A stretch of DNA of 64,000 nt from contig JBEQLE010000002.1 in assembly GCA_040326155.1 (NCBI GenBank), positions 1 to 64,000 on the forward strand, written 5' to 3'. The notes under the pieces are model-generated. The model ran no database searches. It was not told the DNA's origin and saw only the letters and a program-made list of their open reading frames with translations. The position numbers and the translations under genes were made by a program. The DNA comes from Leptospirales bacterium. GTDB taxonomy: Bacteria > Spirochaetota > Leptospiria > Turneriellales > JAOUFE01. The number at the start of each line of letters is the position of its first letter. The first letter of the stretch is position 1. This document shows, one piece after another, positions 31,636 to 41,788 of the stretch.

Positions 31636-33141
31636 ATGCAGTCAAAAGAAATTTGTGATTTAATAGTAAAAATCGAAAATCAATTGGATGTAAATGCAAT
31701 TAAACTGAACGAAGTTCATGCCTGGCCTGTTATTCGTTTGACTCTATGGAGCAAATTAAGTCAAGTTCAAGATCAAGTTGCTCAAATTGGAAACGGTGAT
31801 GCCAGCTTTATTGAAGATTCGAAATTTAACATATTTCATTTTATCTTTAGTAAATTAATATATAGAACATACCGCTTTATTAAAGCCAAAGCCTTGCGCG
31901 TAAAAGATTTTTTATTACAAATAGTAAATCAAACAACACTGATATTCACAGGTACAAAGGATATTTTATTTGTCAGCCATATGGCCTATTATTCGGAGAT
32001 TGTCGATGGTAAGCGCTTCAGCAGAATTATTGACCCGGTTTATGAAGAAATTTCAAAAGAATATTCCTGCCTTAAAATATCGTTTGATAAATTTTCGGTA
32101 CCGAAGCGTTATCGTAGTTATTTTTTTGCGCCCCTACGTGATAATAAGACACATTTTTCAGAACAAGAACATGTTGAAATAGAAAACTTTTTGAGGCAGA
32201 TTTCTCGTATTGATAAGCGTATTAATATTGACATTCGGAAGGATATAATCAATCGTTTACAAAAAATTGCTGCGTATAAAGACCTGTCAAAAAAAATCCT
32301 CCTTCAGTTTCGCCCCAGAGCAATTATATTGTCCGTTTACTATGACAATAGACACCTGGGGATGTTATGGGCAGCATACGATATGCATATTCCGACCATC
32401 GATTTACAGCATGGAAAGCAAGGTAAATATCAAGCAATGTATAGCCATTGGACAAAAATACCAAAGGAAGGTTATAAGACTATACCAACCTGGTTTTGGA
32501 ACTGGGGTGAGGCATCGGCAGATCATATAATGAAATGGCAGCCGCATAGATCTACTCATCGAAGTATGGTTGCCGGATTTCCCTGGATGAATAAATGGAA
32601 ATCATTAAATACAAATGGTGTTCTTCAAAAAAAAATAAATCGGAAGTATATTGTCTTAATCACATTACAAGGACCTACTGCAGGCAATCCCGATATACTA
32701 CCCAATTTTATTGTCAGAGCAATAGAGGAATCGAGCGATGAATATTTTTGGATTATCAGGCCGCATTATAATTCACAGGTTTCCAAACGTGTGGCTGTAG
32801 ATAAACTAGTTGATGTGGATAGTAAAAAATATAGCATTAATATTGGTGAAAATGCACAACTTTATGAATTATTGTCAATATCAAACTTACATATGACAGC
32901 TTTTTCATCAGTTTGTTACGAAGCCACAGGTTTTAATGTTCCTACTATTATATGGAGTAAAGAAGGGCAAGAAATATACTCTGAAGAGATTTTAAACCAT
33001 ATATTCTTTTATGCAAATAATTATAAAGCCCTGTTGCATAGCATGGAAAAAGCTTTAGCTATGGAAAAAGTTTTACAGCATGGCTATATAAACAGTAGCA
33101 GTATCCGTTTGGCGGAGTTAGTTAAAGCAGCATTAATTTAG
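31636..33141 (+). CDS. GT-B-fold protein, putative nonulosonate transferase
   Basis: IDLQHG, WNWG, IIRPH and SSVCYEA resemble motifs in sialyl/Kdo-type transferases; follows neuB and neuA. Confidence 0.55.
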   Translation: MQSKEICDLIVKIENQLDVNAIKLNEVHAWPVIRLTLWSKLSQVQDQVAQIGNGDASFIEDSKFNIFHFIFSKLIYRTYRFIKAKALRVKDFLLQIVNQTTLIFTGTKDILFVSHMAYYSEIVDGKRFSRIIDPVYEEISKEYSCLKISFDKFSVPKRYRSYFFAPLRDNKTHFSEQEHVEIENFLRQISRIDKRINIDIRKDIINRLQKIAAYKDLSKKILLQFRPRAIILSVYYDNRHLGMLWAAYDMHIPTIDLQHGKQGKYQAMYSHWTKIPKEGYKTIPTWFWNWGEASADHIMKWQPHRSTHRSMVAGFPWMNKWKSLNTNGVLQKKINRKYIVLITLQGPTAGNPDILPNFIVRAIEESSDEYFWIIRPHYNSQVSKRVAVDKLVDVDSKKYSINIGENAQLYELLSISNLHMTAFSSVCYEATGFNVPTIIWSKEGQEIYSEEILNHIFFYANNYKALLHSMEKALAMEKVLQHGYINSSSIRLAELVKAALI

Positions 33142-33194
33142 ATGCGCAAGTCCAATGAAGTTATCAATAATTGTAAGAACTGAAAAATCAAGGT

Positions 33195-33851
33195 ATGAAT
33201 AGATTTATAATGAATAGAATGAAAAAAATAATAAAAAAATTATTAATTAAACCTCTAAGGCTTTTAATCAGCAGACCCTCTGAAGTAAAAACATTTAAAG
33301 AAAGAATTGCCAACGAGAAAGTACTGAAATTGGTATTAGGAGCGGGCAACGAATATCAAACAGGTTGGATTCCTACGGAACAGAGAATATTGGATGTTAC
33401 AAAGGAAGCGAGCTGGAAAACATATTTGAAGGAAAACTCCATACAGGTGATGCTGGCCGAACATGTATGGGAACACCTTACTGAAACGGAAGCGGAGAAA
33501 GCGGCGATACTGTGTTATAAGTTTTTAAAACCCGAAGGTTATATTCGAATTGCCGTGCCGGACGGCTATCATCAATCACAAGATTATATAGACGCCGTAA
33601 AACCCGGCGGGAGCGGTTCGGGTTCGCATGATCATAAGGTATTGTATAATTACGAGACCATCTGTAGCCAATTTGAAAATGCGGGATTTAAAGTAGAACT
33701 TCTCGAATATTTCGATAAACAAAATAATTTTCAGTCTACTCCCTGGGATATTGAAAAAGGATTAATTCGCCGCTCTATGCGATTTGATGAGCGAAACAGC
33801 GACGGTAAACCAAACTATACGTCTTTGATTATTGACGCGATAAAATTCTGA
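33195..33851 (+). CDS. SAM-dependent methyltransferase (type 11-like)
   Basis: LVLGAG, AEHVWEHL and LKPEGYIRIAVPD motifs. Confidence 0.85.
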   Translation: MNRFIMNRMKKIIKKLLIKPLRLLISRPSEVKTFKERIANEKVLKLVLGAGNEYQTGWIPTEQRILDVTKEASWKTYLKENSIQVMLAEHVWEHLTETEAEKAAILCYKFLKPEGYIRIAVPDGYHQSQDYIDAVKPGGSGSGSHDHKVLYNYETICSQFENAGFKVELLEYFDKQNNFQSTPWDIEKGLIRRSMRFDERNSDGKPNYTSLIIDAIKF

Positions 33852-33936
33852 GACGATAATCCGGTGTGTGGGTAAACATCGAAGCCGGGAAAATTTACCA
33901 AAGATACGACCTTTGCTAACGAAACGAAATAGACCT

Positions 33937-34896
33937 ATGAAAAAATCTTTGACTTCACATTCAAAAGTAGCACCCGTTGTTTTATTCGTCTACAATCGAC
34001 CCGATCATGTAGAAAAAACGATAGAAGCTCTGCGTAAAAACCGACTGGCCAAGCAAAGCGATCTTTTTATTTTCAGTGATGGGGTTAAAAAACCGGAGGA
34101 TGCAGCTCAGGTAGAGCTAGTTCGAAATTATATTAAAACGATCCAGGGCTTTAAGAATATTACCATTGTAGAGCGTGAAAAAAACTATGGACTGGCAAAT
34201 TCGATCATAGATGGCGTTACAAATATCTTAAATCAATACGGGAAAATTATTGTTCTTGAAGATGATTTGATTACTTCGCCTTATTTTCTGGAATTTATGA
34301 ATTCGGCTTTATCAAAATATGAAAATGAATCTCGCGTTATGCAGGTTTCGGGGTATATGTTTCCGGTAAATGTGGCTATTGATGAAGATGCCTTTTTTCT
34401 ACCCCTGACGACATCCTGGGGGTGGGGGACATGGAAACGGGCCTGGGAACATTTTGATGCAGAAGCTAAAGGTTACGAACTACTTCGCCGCGATAAGAAA
34501 TTACGAAAGCGATTTAATCTTGACGGGGCTTATGATTACTATACTATGCTGGAAAAACATTTTGCGGGAAAAGTGGATTCCTGGGCAGTGCGCTGGTATT
34601 TAAGCGTATTCATACAAAATGGATTTACATTATATCCGGTCAAAACTCTCGTCGCCAACACTGGTTTTGACGGTAGTGGTACTCACTCTGGAACTCCAAA
34701 CTGGGAAAGAAGCCATGAAAAATCGACTTATCGAGTTGAAAAGTTACCGGAAAGTATAAATGTGATTGAAAACCTGTTTGAATTGGTTATATCGGAGATC
34801 TCTCGACCAGGCCTGTTCACGTCTGCCGGGACAATAAAATTGATATTTATTCGCCTGCGAAGGTTGATACATAAAATAATTAGGAGTAAAGCATGA
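33937..34896 (+). CDS. GT-A glycosyltransferase
   Basis: APVVLFVYNRP, FSDG, IVLEDDL and SWGWGTWKRAW motifs; start chosen at the in-frame ATG. Confidence 0.88.
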   Translation: MKKSLTSHSKVAPVVLFVYNRPDHVEKTIEALRKNRLAKQSDLFIFSDGVKKPEDAAQVELVRNYIKTIQGFKNITIVEREKNYGLANSIIDGVTNILNQYGKIIVLEDDLITSPYFLEFMNSALSKYENESRVMQVSGYMFPVNVAIDEDAFFLPLTTSWGWGTWKRAWEHFDAEAKGYELLRRDKKLRKRFNLDGAYDYYTMLEKHFAGKVDSWAVRWYLSVFIQNGFTLYPVKTLVANTGFDGSGTHSGTPNWERSHEKSTYRVEKLPESINVIENLFELVISEISRPGLFTSAGTIKLIFIRLRRLIHKIIRSKA

Positions 34897-35711
34897 GAGC
34901 GGTTTTGAGAAATTGGTTTAAAAGAAAGATATTCAAACTCAAAGGTCAGAAACCCTGGAGCTACGGTTATATAAATTATAAAGTACATACGATTAAATCT
35001 ATTTTAAAAAAAGATGATTTTAATTCGAATAAATTACCTGACAATTATGGTTTTAGAATAGATGAACGTGTCATTGAGTATCCATGGTTATTCAGTAAGC
35101 TTTCCGAAAAAGAAGGTAATTTGTTGGATGCGGGTTCTATATTGAACTTTAAATATATTATTGCGCGAGAGAAACTTCAAAATAAGAATATTTTTATATC
35201 AACTTTGGCTCCAGAAGGACGGGCCTTTTGGCAAAACAAAGTTTCCTATGTCTATGAAGATTTACGAAACACATGTTATCGCGATGCCTATTTTGATTGG
35301 GTCGTTAGCTTATCTACCATTGAACATATCGGGCTTGATAATACTAAACTCTACACCGATGACTCCAGCAAAGCGGAATCCAGTCCTGATGGATATTTGA
35401 AAGCAATTCAGGAATACCATCGAGTATTGAAACCTGGTGGCATTTGTTATCTCAGTGTTCCATATGGTAAAAAGTCGGTTAAAGAGTGGTATCAGGTTTT
35501 TGATGCACAGATGATTGAAGATATTATCTCGGTATTTAAACCGACATCGTACAATACGAACTACTATCAATATTTATCCAGTGGGTGGGTCGTTTCAAAC
35601 CAGGAAACTGCAAAAGAAGCGACCTATTTTGATATACACGAAAAGAAACAATACGATACTGATTACGCAGCTGCGTCCCGGGCGGTTGTCTGTCTTGAAC
35701 TGATAAAATGA
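34893..35711 (+). CDS. SAM-dependent methyltransferase-like protein
   Basis: ERVIEYPW, LLDAGS, LSTIEHIG and VLKPGG motifs. Confidence 0.8.
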   Translation: MRAVLRNWFKRKIFKLKGQKPWSYGYINYKVHTIKSILKKDDFNSNKLPDNYGFRIDERVIEYPWLFSKLSEKEGNLLDAGSILNFKYIIAREKLQNKNIFISTLAPEGRAFWQNKVSYVYEDLRNTCYRDAYFDWVVSLSTIEHIGLDNTKLYTDDSSKAESSPDGYLKAIQEYHRVLKPGGICYLSVPYGKKSVKEWYQVFDAQMIEDIISVFKPTSYNTNYYQYLSSGWVVSNQETAKEATYFDIHEKKQYDTDYAAASRAVVCLELIK

Positions 35712-36304
35712 AAAGAAAGATTATTCAATTGTACCGTAGGTATCGGAAGAAGCGGTTATGGAATCGTATGAATAGAAAAATTGTATTATCACAGAGTACT
35801 TCGGTTCATTCATCAGCCAATATTTTTAATATTAGGAAGAAGCGATCGTCCATTTCTCTGGGAAGTCACACCACTGTTTTAGGAGAATTGTTGACTTTTC
35901 GCCATGGTGGTAAAATTACGATGGGAGACTATTGTTATGTTGGTGAAAATGCAAGAATTTGGTCTGCTGAAAACATTAAAATAGGCAACTTTGTTTTAAT
36001 ATCGCATGATGTGAATATCTTTGACAGTGATACTCATCCAATTCGCGCCAAAGAGCGCAGAAAGCATTATAAGTCGATCATAACAACAGGTCATCCCGAT
36101 GAGATTGATTTAAATGAAAAGGCGATCTGTATTCAAGACGATGCCTGGATAGGTGCAAAATCTATCATCCTAAAAGGTGTCACCATCGGAGAAGGTGCTA
36201 TTGTAGGAGCGGGTAGTGTAGTAACAAAAGATGTGCCAGCCTGGACGATTGTTGCCGGTAACCCCGCTAAAGTTATTCGAAAACTAAAAAAAAATGAAAG
36301 ATAA
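35708..36304 (+). CDS. Left-handed beta-helix acyl/acetyltransferase
   Basis: Hexapeptide repeats; WIGAKSIILKGVTIGEGAIVGAGSVVTKDV and AGNPAK. Confidence 0.92.
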   Translation: MKRKIIQLYRRYRKKRLWNRMNRKIVLSQSTSVHSSANIFNIRKKRSSISLGSHTTVLGELLTFRHGGKITMGDYCYVGENARIWSAENIKIGNFVLISHDVNIFDSDTHPIRAKERRKHYKSIITTGHPDEIDLNEKAICIQDDAWIGAKSIILKGVTIGEGAIVGAGSVVTKDVPAWTIVAGNPAKVIRKLKKNER

Positions 36305-37106
36305 AAAACTTACCTGGGAAGAGTCTGTGCTGTGGTTACGTAATCAGCCGGATAAGAGTGATCTGGTAAAATACTGCTTTTACGATGATCCGCTGATTGA
36401 CGCCGCAAAGAGATATTATAACAGTTCCGAATGGGACGCTGTTCGAAATTTATTGCCAAAAACCTTAGGCAAAGCTCTCGACCTCGGAGCAGGCCGCGGT
36501 ATTTCTTCTTATTCACTGGCAAAAGACGGCTGGGAAGTAACCGCTTTAGAACCTGATTCCAGCGAGGTTGTCGGGGCCGGAGCCATTAGATCGCTGGCAC
36601 GTCTTGAAAATCTGAATATTACCATATCGGAAGAAAAAGGAGAAATTCTGCCTTTTGAAGAAAACAGTTTTGACCTGGTTTACGGAAGAGCTGTTATGCA
36701 CCACGCAGATGACCTGCAACGTTTTTGTGAACAGATAAGCAGGGTATTAAAACCGGGCGGCGTTATGTTTATTTCGAGGGAACATGTAATCGATAAAAAA
36801 GAGGACCTTCAAAAATTTCTAGACTCACACCCACTACACCACCTCTATGGCGGGGAGAACGCCTATTTGGTGGACGAGTATTTAAGCGCAATGAAAAACG
36901 CCGGACTTAAAGTTACAAAAGTGTTAAATCCTTATCAATCAAACGTAAACCTTTTTCCTTCTAATACCCGCGGAATTAAAAGGAGAGTCGCTAGAAAGTA
37001 TAAATTGCGTTTTCTGTCCCCGTTCATACCAAAGCTGCTTATAAAGTTTCTGGGTGATCGCTTAAAAACTCCCGGGCGACTCTATACATTTTCAGGCGTA
37101 AAATAA
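36294..37106 (+). CDS. Class I SAM-dependent methyltransferase
   Basis: ALDLGAGRG, LPFEENSFDLV and RVLKPGG motifs. Confidence 0.9.
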   Translation: MKDKKLTWEESVLWLRNQPDKSDLVKYCFYDDPLIDAAKRYYNSSEWDAVRNLLPKTLGKALDLGAGRGISSYSLAKDGWEVTALEPDSSEVVGAGAIRSLARLENLNITISEEKGEILPFEENSFDLVYGRAVMHHADDLQRFCEQISRVLKPGGVMFISREHVIDKKEDLQKFLDSHPLHHLYGGENAYLVDEYLSAMKNAGLKVTKVLNPYQSNVNLFPSNTRGIKRRVARKYKLRFLSPFIPKLLIKFLGDRLKTPGRLYTFSGVK

Positions 37107-37108
37107 TC

Positions 37109-38032
37109 ATGATGGGAAAAAGAGCTTTAATAACGGGAGCAGCCGGTTTCATCGGAAAAAACTTAACAAAGTTATTATTGGCAAAAGATTACAATGTAAC
37201 GGCAATGGGTTCGGGAAAATCCCAAGAGGATGAATTAAAAAAAATCGGAGTAAATGCCCACATTGCGGGGCCCGTCACACAAACGGCCCTGATGCAACTA
37301 AAGGACAAACCTGAATACATTTTCCATTGCGCGGGCAGCGGTTCAGTCGGCTTTTCCATTGAAAATCCGTATGTCGATTTTCAAAGTAACGTTTCTTCTT
37401 TAGCGCAATTATTGGAATATGTACGCACTCATTGTCCCGAGTCAAAAGTTGTCTATCTTTCCAGCGGAGCCGTGTATGGTTCAAGCCCGAAAATACCTAT
37501 GATGGAAAGCGATACTCCATCGCCGGTTTCTCCTTATGGATATCATAAGTTCATTGGTGAAACATTATGCAAGTCTTATTCTCAACAATATGGAATTCAA
37601 ACTCTATCTTTGAGGCTCTTTTCAATTTATGGCGAAGGATTAAAAAAACAGCTATTATGGGACGCATGCAATAAAATATCAAACGGAAAATTTGACTTCT
37701 TTGGAACAGGGAATGAAATTCGAGATTGGCTGCATGTCGATGATGCTATAAATCTTATTGAGCTGGCTGCGGAGAATGCAAACGATACTTCTCCGGTTGT
37801 GAACGCAGGCACGGGGTTCAAAATAACCATCCGCGAAGTTATTGAAACAATAATAAAGAATTTTAATAAAGATGATAAACCCTCATTTCTAGGGAAATCC
37901 CGTGCAGGAGATCCTCACCACTTTTTAGCCGATATAAAAATAGCACAAAATTTTCAATGGTACCCACAAATCGATGTTGTTCAAGGTATAGCCCGTTATG
38001 TGAACTGGTTTTGCAGCTCTCAAATAAAGTAA
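37109..38032 (+). CDS. NAD-dependent sugar epimerase/dehydratase
   Basis: TGAAGFIG, SSGAVYG and SPYGYHK motifs. Confidence 0.9.
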   Translation: MMGKRALITGAAGFIGKNLTKLLLAKDYNVTAMGSGKSQEDELKKIGVNAHIAGPVTQTALMQLKDKPEYIFHCAGSGSVGFSIENPYVDFQSNVSSLAQLLEYVRTHCPESKVVYLSSGAVYGSSPKIPMMESDTPSPVSPYGYHKFIGETLCKSYSQQYGIQTLSLRLFSIYGEGLKKQLLWDACNKISNGKFDFFGTGNEIRDWLHVDDAINLIELAAENANDTSPVVNAGTGFKITIREVIETIIKNFNKDDKPSFLGKSRAGDPHHFLADIKIAQNFQWYPQIDVVQGIARYVNWFCSSQIK

Positions 38033-38033
38033 C

Positions 38034-39215
38034 ATGGAATATATTAGAATAGGCTTTGTAAATGTTCCCGACCAGAGTTGGATGGGCGGCGTTAATTACT
38101 TAAAAAACATATTGTATGCCATTGAATTAAATGAGCATAGTTGTTTAAAACCTTATGTTTTTTTAGACAAAAAGTTCTCCGCCGATATCCGAAAAGAATA
38201 TGGAGAGCGTGCAAAAGTCGTAGAAAGTTTTCTGTTAAATAAAACGGGTCTATTTGCATACGCGAGTCGAAACATACGGCGTGTATTTAAAAATTTTTTT
38301 CCTTTTAACACCGTTCTGGGTAAATCAAATATAAAGGTATTATCGCACTTTTCAAATGAATTTGGTCGAGGTACGATTAAACAAGTCGGATGGATTCCAG
38401 ATTTTCAGCATGTGCATTTACCGCAAATGTTTTCGGAAAAAGTTAAAAAAAGAAGAGATCAAAATTTTCTGGAAAAAATCTCAAATTCCAGCCTGGTGAT
38501 ACTCAGCAGTAGACAGGCTTATGAAGATTTCAAACAATTTGCCCCCGACTTTGCGAATAAAGGCAGAATATTAAATTTTGTTTCGCAACCCGATTCAAGT
38601 TTGTATAATTTACCCGCAGATTATACCCGACAGGTGATGGAAAAATATTCCATTCAAAAAAAATTCTTTTTCCTTCCCAACCAGTTCTGGAAGCATAAGA
38701 ACCACTTAAGTGTGTTTAAGGCACTGGAAATATTGAAAAATAAAGGCGTCAAAATCAAATTGGTGTGTAGTGGAAAAATGGACGGACCGACCGTTACTGA
38801 ACATTCAAAAGAGTTAATCGAATATATTGACAAAGCAGGGTTGGACTCCCAGGTTACTTTTCTAGGTTTAATTGATTATAAAGAACTCATGGTTTTAGCT
38901 CGAAATTGCATTTCTGTCATTAACCCGTCGTTGTTTGAAGGGTGGAGCTCGACGGTAGAAGAATGCAAAAGTATGGGGAAAAATATGTTATTATCAAATA
39001 TACCCGTTCACCTGGAACAATCTCCCCCCGGATCAATATATGTTGACCCGGAAGATCCGGAGGATATAGCACGAGCACTGCACAAAAACTGGGAAGATTT
39101 AATCCCCGGGCCGGATTATGAACTGGAGAAAAAAGCCAAACTGACGCTGAAAAGTCGAACTCTGGAGTTTGCAATGCAATATGAAAATATTGTAAATGAA
39201 GTGTTATCGCAATGA
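38034..39215 (+). CDS. GT4 glycosyltransferase
   Basis: WIPDFQH, PNQFWKHKNH and PSLFEGWSSTVEE motifs. Confidence 0.9.
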   Translation: MEYIRIGFVNVPDQSWMGGVNYLKNILYAIELNEHSCLKPYVFLDKKFSADIRKEYGERAKVVESFLLNKTGLFAYASRNIRRVFKNFFPFNTVLGKSNIKVLSHFSNEFGRGTIKQVGWIPDFQHVHLPQMFSEKVKKRRDQNFLEKISNSSLVILSSRQAYEDFKQFAPDFANKGRILNFVSQPDSSLYNLPADYTRQVMEKYSIQKKFFFLPNQFWKHKNHLSVFKALEILKNKGVKIKLVCSGKMDGPTVTEHSKELIEYIDKAGLDSQVTFLGLIDYKELMVLARNCISVINPSLFEGWSSTVEECKSMGKNMLLSNIPVHLEQSPPGSIYVDPEDPEDIARALHKNWEDLIPGPDYELEKKAKLTLKSRTLEFAMQYENIVNEVLSQ

Positions 39216-39276
39216 CGGATGATACTCTTCGAACCCGGACATTCGATTTTATTTAAACAGAAGGATCATACATCTT

Positions 39277-40056
39277 ATGAAAAACATAAAATTTTCCATT
39301 ATAACGGTTTGCTTTAACAGTGAAGCAACCATCGAACGAACCTTAATCAGTGTTCAAAAGCAAAATTATTCCAATGTTGAGCATGTCATTATTGATGGCG
39401 GTTCAAAAGACAGCACTCTGGCGATAATAAAAAAGCATAGAAAATCAATTGCTTATTTTGTCAGCGAACCGGATAAAGGTATTTATGACGCCATGAATAA
39501 GGGCGTCGCTGCAGCTAAAGGCGATGTGCTGTTATTTTTAAATTCAGATGATTCTCTAGTAGATAATGATGTTTTAACAGATGTAGCCAATCAATATGAA
39601 GAGGACAGCGCCACGGATGTCGTCTATGGAGATGTAATATACACGTCACCAAGATATGAAAAATATCGCAAGCAGTCCAATAAATCCGCGACTCGCTGGG
39701 GTTTAGCCAAAAAAATTGTCCAGCACCAGACGTTGTTTGTGAAAAAACAGACATTTCTAGATTCGGGCGGATATGATCTTAAATACAGGATCATTGCTGA
39801 TTATGATTGGGAATTAAAATTATTCATTCTTATGAGATGCAAATATCAATATATTCCAACACCTATTGCCTACGTACAAAGAGGCGGGGAGAGCTCAAAA
39901 TTTTCAACAACGGTAGATCGCTTGGATGTTATGCAAAAAGTATTTAGCCCGTTGGAAATAATTATTTTTTATCGTATGCGGAAATTCTTCAGGAAAAAGA
40001 TACTGACACCCAGTGTAAGAGTATTGGTTCTAGTAAGAAATCTTTTCCGGCTTTAA
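39277..40056 (+). CDS. GT2 glycosyltransferase (WcaE/WfgS-like)
   Basis: FSIITVCFN, IDGGSKD, GIYDAMNKG and FLNSDD motifs. Confidence 0.92.
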   Translation: MKNIKFSIITVCFNSEATIERTLISVQKQNYSNVEHVIIDGGSKDSTLAIIKKHRKSIAYFVSEPDKGIYDAMNKGVAAAKGDVLLFLNSDDSLVDNDVLTDVANQYEEDSATDVVYGDVIYTSPRYEKYRKQSNKSATRWGLAKKIVQHQTLFVKKQTFLDSGGYDLKYRIIADYDWELKLFILMRCKYQYIPTPIAYVQRGGESSKFSTTVDRLDVMQKVFSPLEIIIFYRMRKFFRKKILTPSVRVLVLVRNLFRL

Positions 40057-40097
40057 TATTTTGATTTTAGTATGTCTGATTTATAGTTACGGTTATT

Positions 40098-40790
40098 ATG
40101 AAAATTTATCGAAAAGCAAGAAGTGTAATTAAAAGGTCGCTGGGATTAACATACCCGCCCGGGCTGGCTCATGAAAAGGTAGTCTCTGATGAATATAAAT
40201 TCATTTGGTTTCCCATACCTAAAGTGGCATCTTCAAGTTTAAGATTGCTTTATTATAACCACCCAGACATACATGATATTCAAGTATTAAACGTACCAAA
40301 CTCGAAAGTGAATCGGTTATATGGAGAATTTTACAAGTTTGCCTTTGTAAGAAATCCATGGGCCAGAGTGGTCAGTTGTTATAAAAATAAGATTTGCCAC
40401 CCGAATTATGATATGGTTAAACTATACTTTCGGTTTAAAGGTTTATATCATAATATGCCTTTTAAAGAGTTTGTCCATTTTTTGTTGGAAGGACCGGGTT
40501 CCGATCGAAAGGGTAATACCCATTGGATATCGCAACATAAATTTTTATATCATAAAGAAAATTGCCTGGTTGATTTTATAGGAAAATTTGAAAACTTAAA
40601 TGAGGATTATCTGAAAGTAATGAAACAGATTGGATTAAACGCTGCGGACCTTCCCTATGTCGACCCCGCCGGTAAAAGTAAAATAAAACATGATCCGTAT
40701 AGTTACCGGAAACACTATACCGATGAGACGAGAGATATTGTGGCAATGCGCTACGCCAAAGATATTGATTTGTTTTCTTACACCTTCTAG
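40098..40790 (+). CDS. Sulfotransferase family 2
   Basis: IPKVASSS (5'-PSB), FAFVRNPWARVVSCY (3'-PB), HW.SQ and FIGKFENL motifs. Confidence 0.88.
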   Translation: MKIYRKARSVIKRSLGLTYPPGLAHEKVVSDEYKFIWFPIPKVASSSLRLLYYNHPDIHDIQVLNVPNSKVNRLYGEFYKFAFVRNPWARVVSCYKNKICHPNYDMVKLYFRFKGLYHNMPFKEFVHFLLEGPGSDRKGNTHWISQHKFLYHKENCLVDFIGKFENLNEDYLKVMKQIGLNAADLPYVDPAGKSKIKHDPYSYRKHYTDETRDIVAMRYAKDIDLFSYTF

Positions 40791-40821
40791 AGTACGTAAT
40801 TATTTTTATTGGAATACATCA

Positions 40822-41787
40822 ATGGTTCACAAGGCAGAAAATAAAATGGTATCAGTGATTATACCAACTTTTAATGATAGTTCGGATCGACTGTCCAGGT
40901 CAATATTCAGTGTTATCAACCAGACATATCGTAAAATAGAAATATTTATTATTGATGATGGTAGCAAACTGCCTTTTGCCGGTTTAAATAAAACAATAAA
41001 AGATAAAAGAATATCATGGCTGCCCTTGAAAAAAAACTCCGGAGTAGCCAAGGCAAGAAATCATGCGTTGACAAAAGCAAAAGGTAAGTACGTTGCTTTT
41101 TTAGATACGGGGGACTGGTGGGAAAAGGATAAGCTGTCGGAACAACTTAAAGTTTTTGCAAGTACGCAATTTAAAGATTGTATTCTTACGTACTCCGATG
41201 CACAAACTCACTTTCCAGATGGTTCTATTGGGAAGATGGTCGCGAAGAATAAAGGCCGCTTGTACCCGCAAGCACTCGTAAATGTTCCTGTTTCGGGCTC
41301 CTGCTCTTCAGCTTTGCTTTTAACGGAAGTGCTTCTAGGAGTCGGCGGTTTTTATGAATCGGAGGATATTCCGGAAGATAAAGAACTTTGGGTGCAGCTA
41401 TCGAAAGTCGGTTCTTTTGATTACATATCGAATTTATTAGTTCATATAGAAGTGCATTTGCCCTCTTCACGAAGTTTTTCTGCAGAAAAAAAGAAGAAAC
41501 CATACCTCAAATTTATCGAGTTACATGAAACTGAATTAAAAAGTTATCGATTATACAAAAAAGCTATTGCCAATTATCATGAGCAAATAGGCATGAAATA
41601 TTACCTTTCAGGTGATAATAAACAATCTATTGTAAATTGGTTAAAACGTATTTGTTACAATCCATCATTTACTTCCTTTTTGGATTTAATTATTTTGATA
41701 TGGTCGGCTCTTACCAAAAAGGAATATAGAGTCATTAGAAGCAAAGTATATAAAACAATCAATAAAATCCGTGGAAAGAAAATATAA
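40822..41787 (+). CDS. GT2 glycosyltransferase
   Basis: VSVIIPTFN, IDDGS, ARN, FLDTGD and EDKELW motifs; start placed after the upstream stop. Confidence 0.9.
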   Translation: MVHKAENKMVSVIIPTFNDSSDRLSRSIFSVINQTYRKIEIFIIDDGSKLPFAGLNKTIKDKRISWLPLKKNSGVAKARNHALTKAKGKYVAFLDTGDWWEKDKLSEQLKVFASTQFKDCILTYSDAQTHFPDGSIGKMVAKNKGRLYPQALVNVPVSGSCSSALLLTEVLLGVGGFYESEDIPEDKELWVQLSKVGSFDYISNLLVHIEVHLPSSRSFSAEKKKKPYLKFIELHETELKSYRLYKKAIANYHEQIGMKYYLSGDNKQSIVNWLKRICYNPSFTSFLDLIILIWSALTKKEYRVIRSKVYKTINKIRGKKI

Positions 41788-41788
41788 A

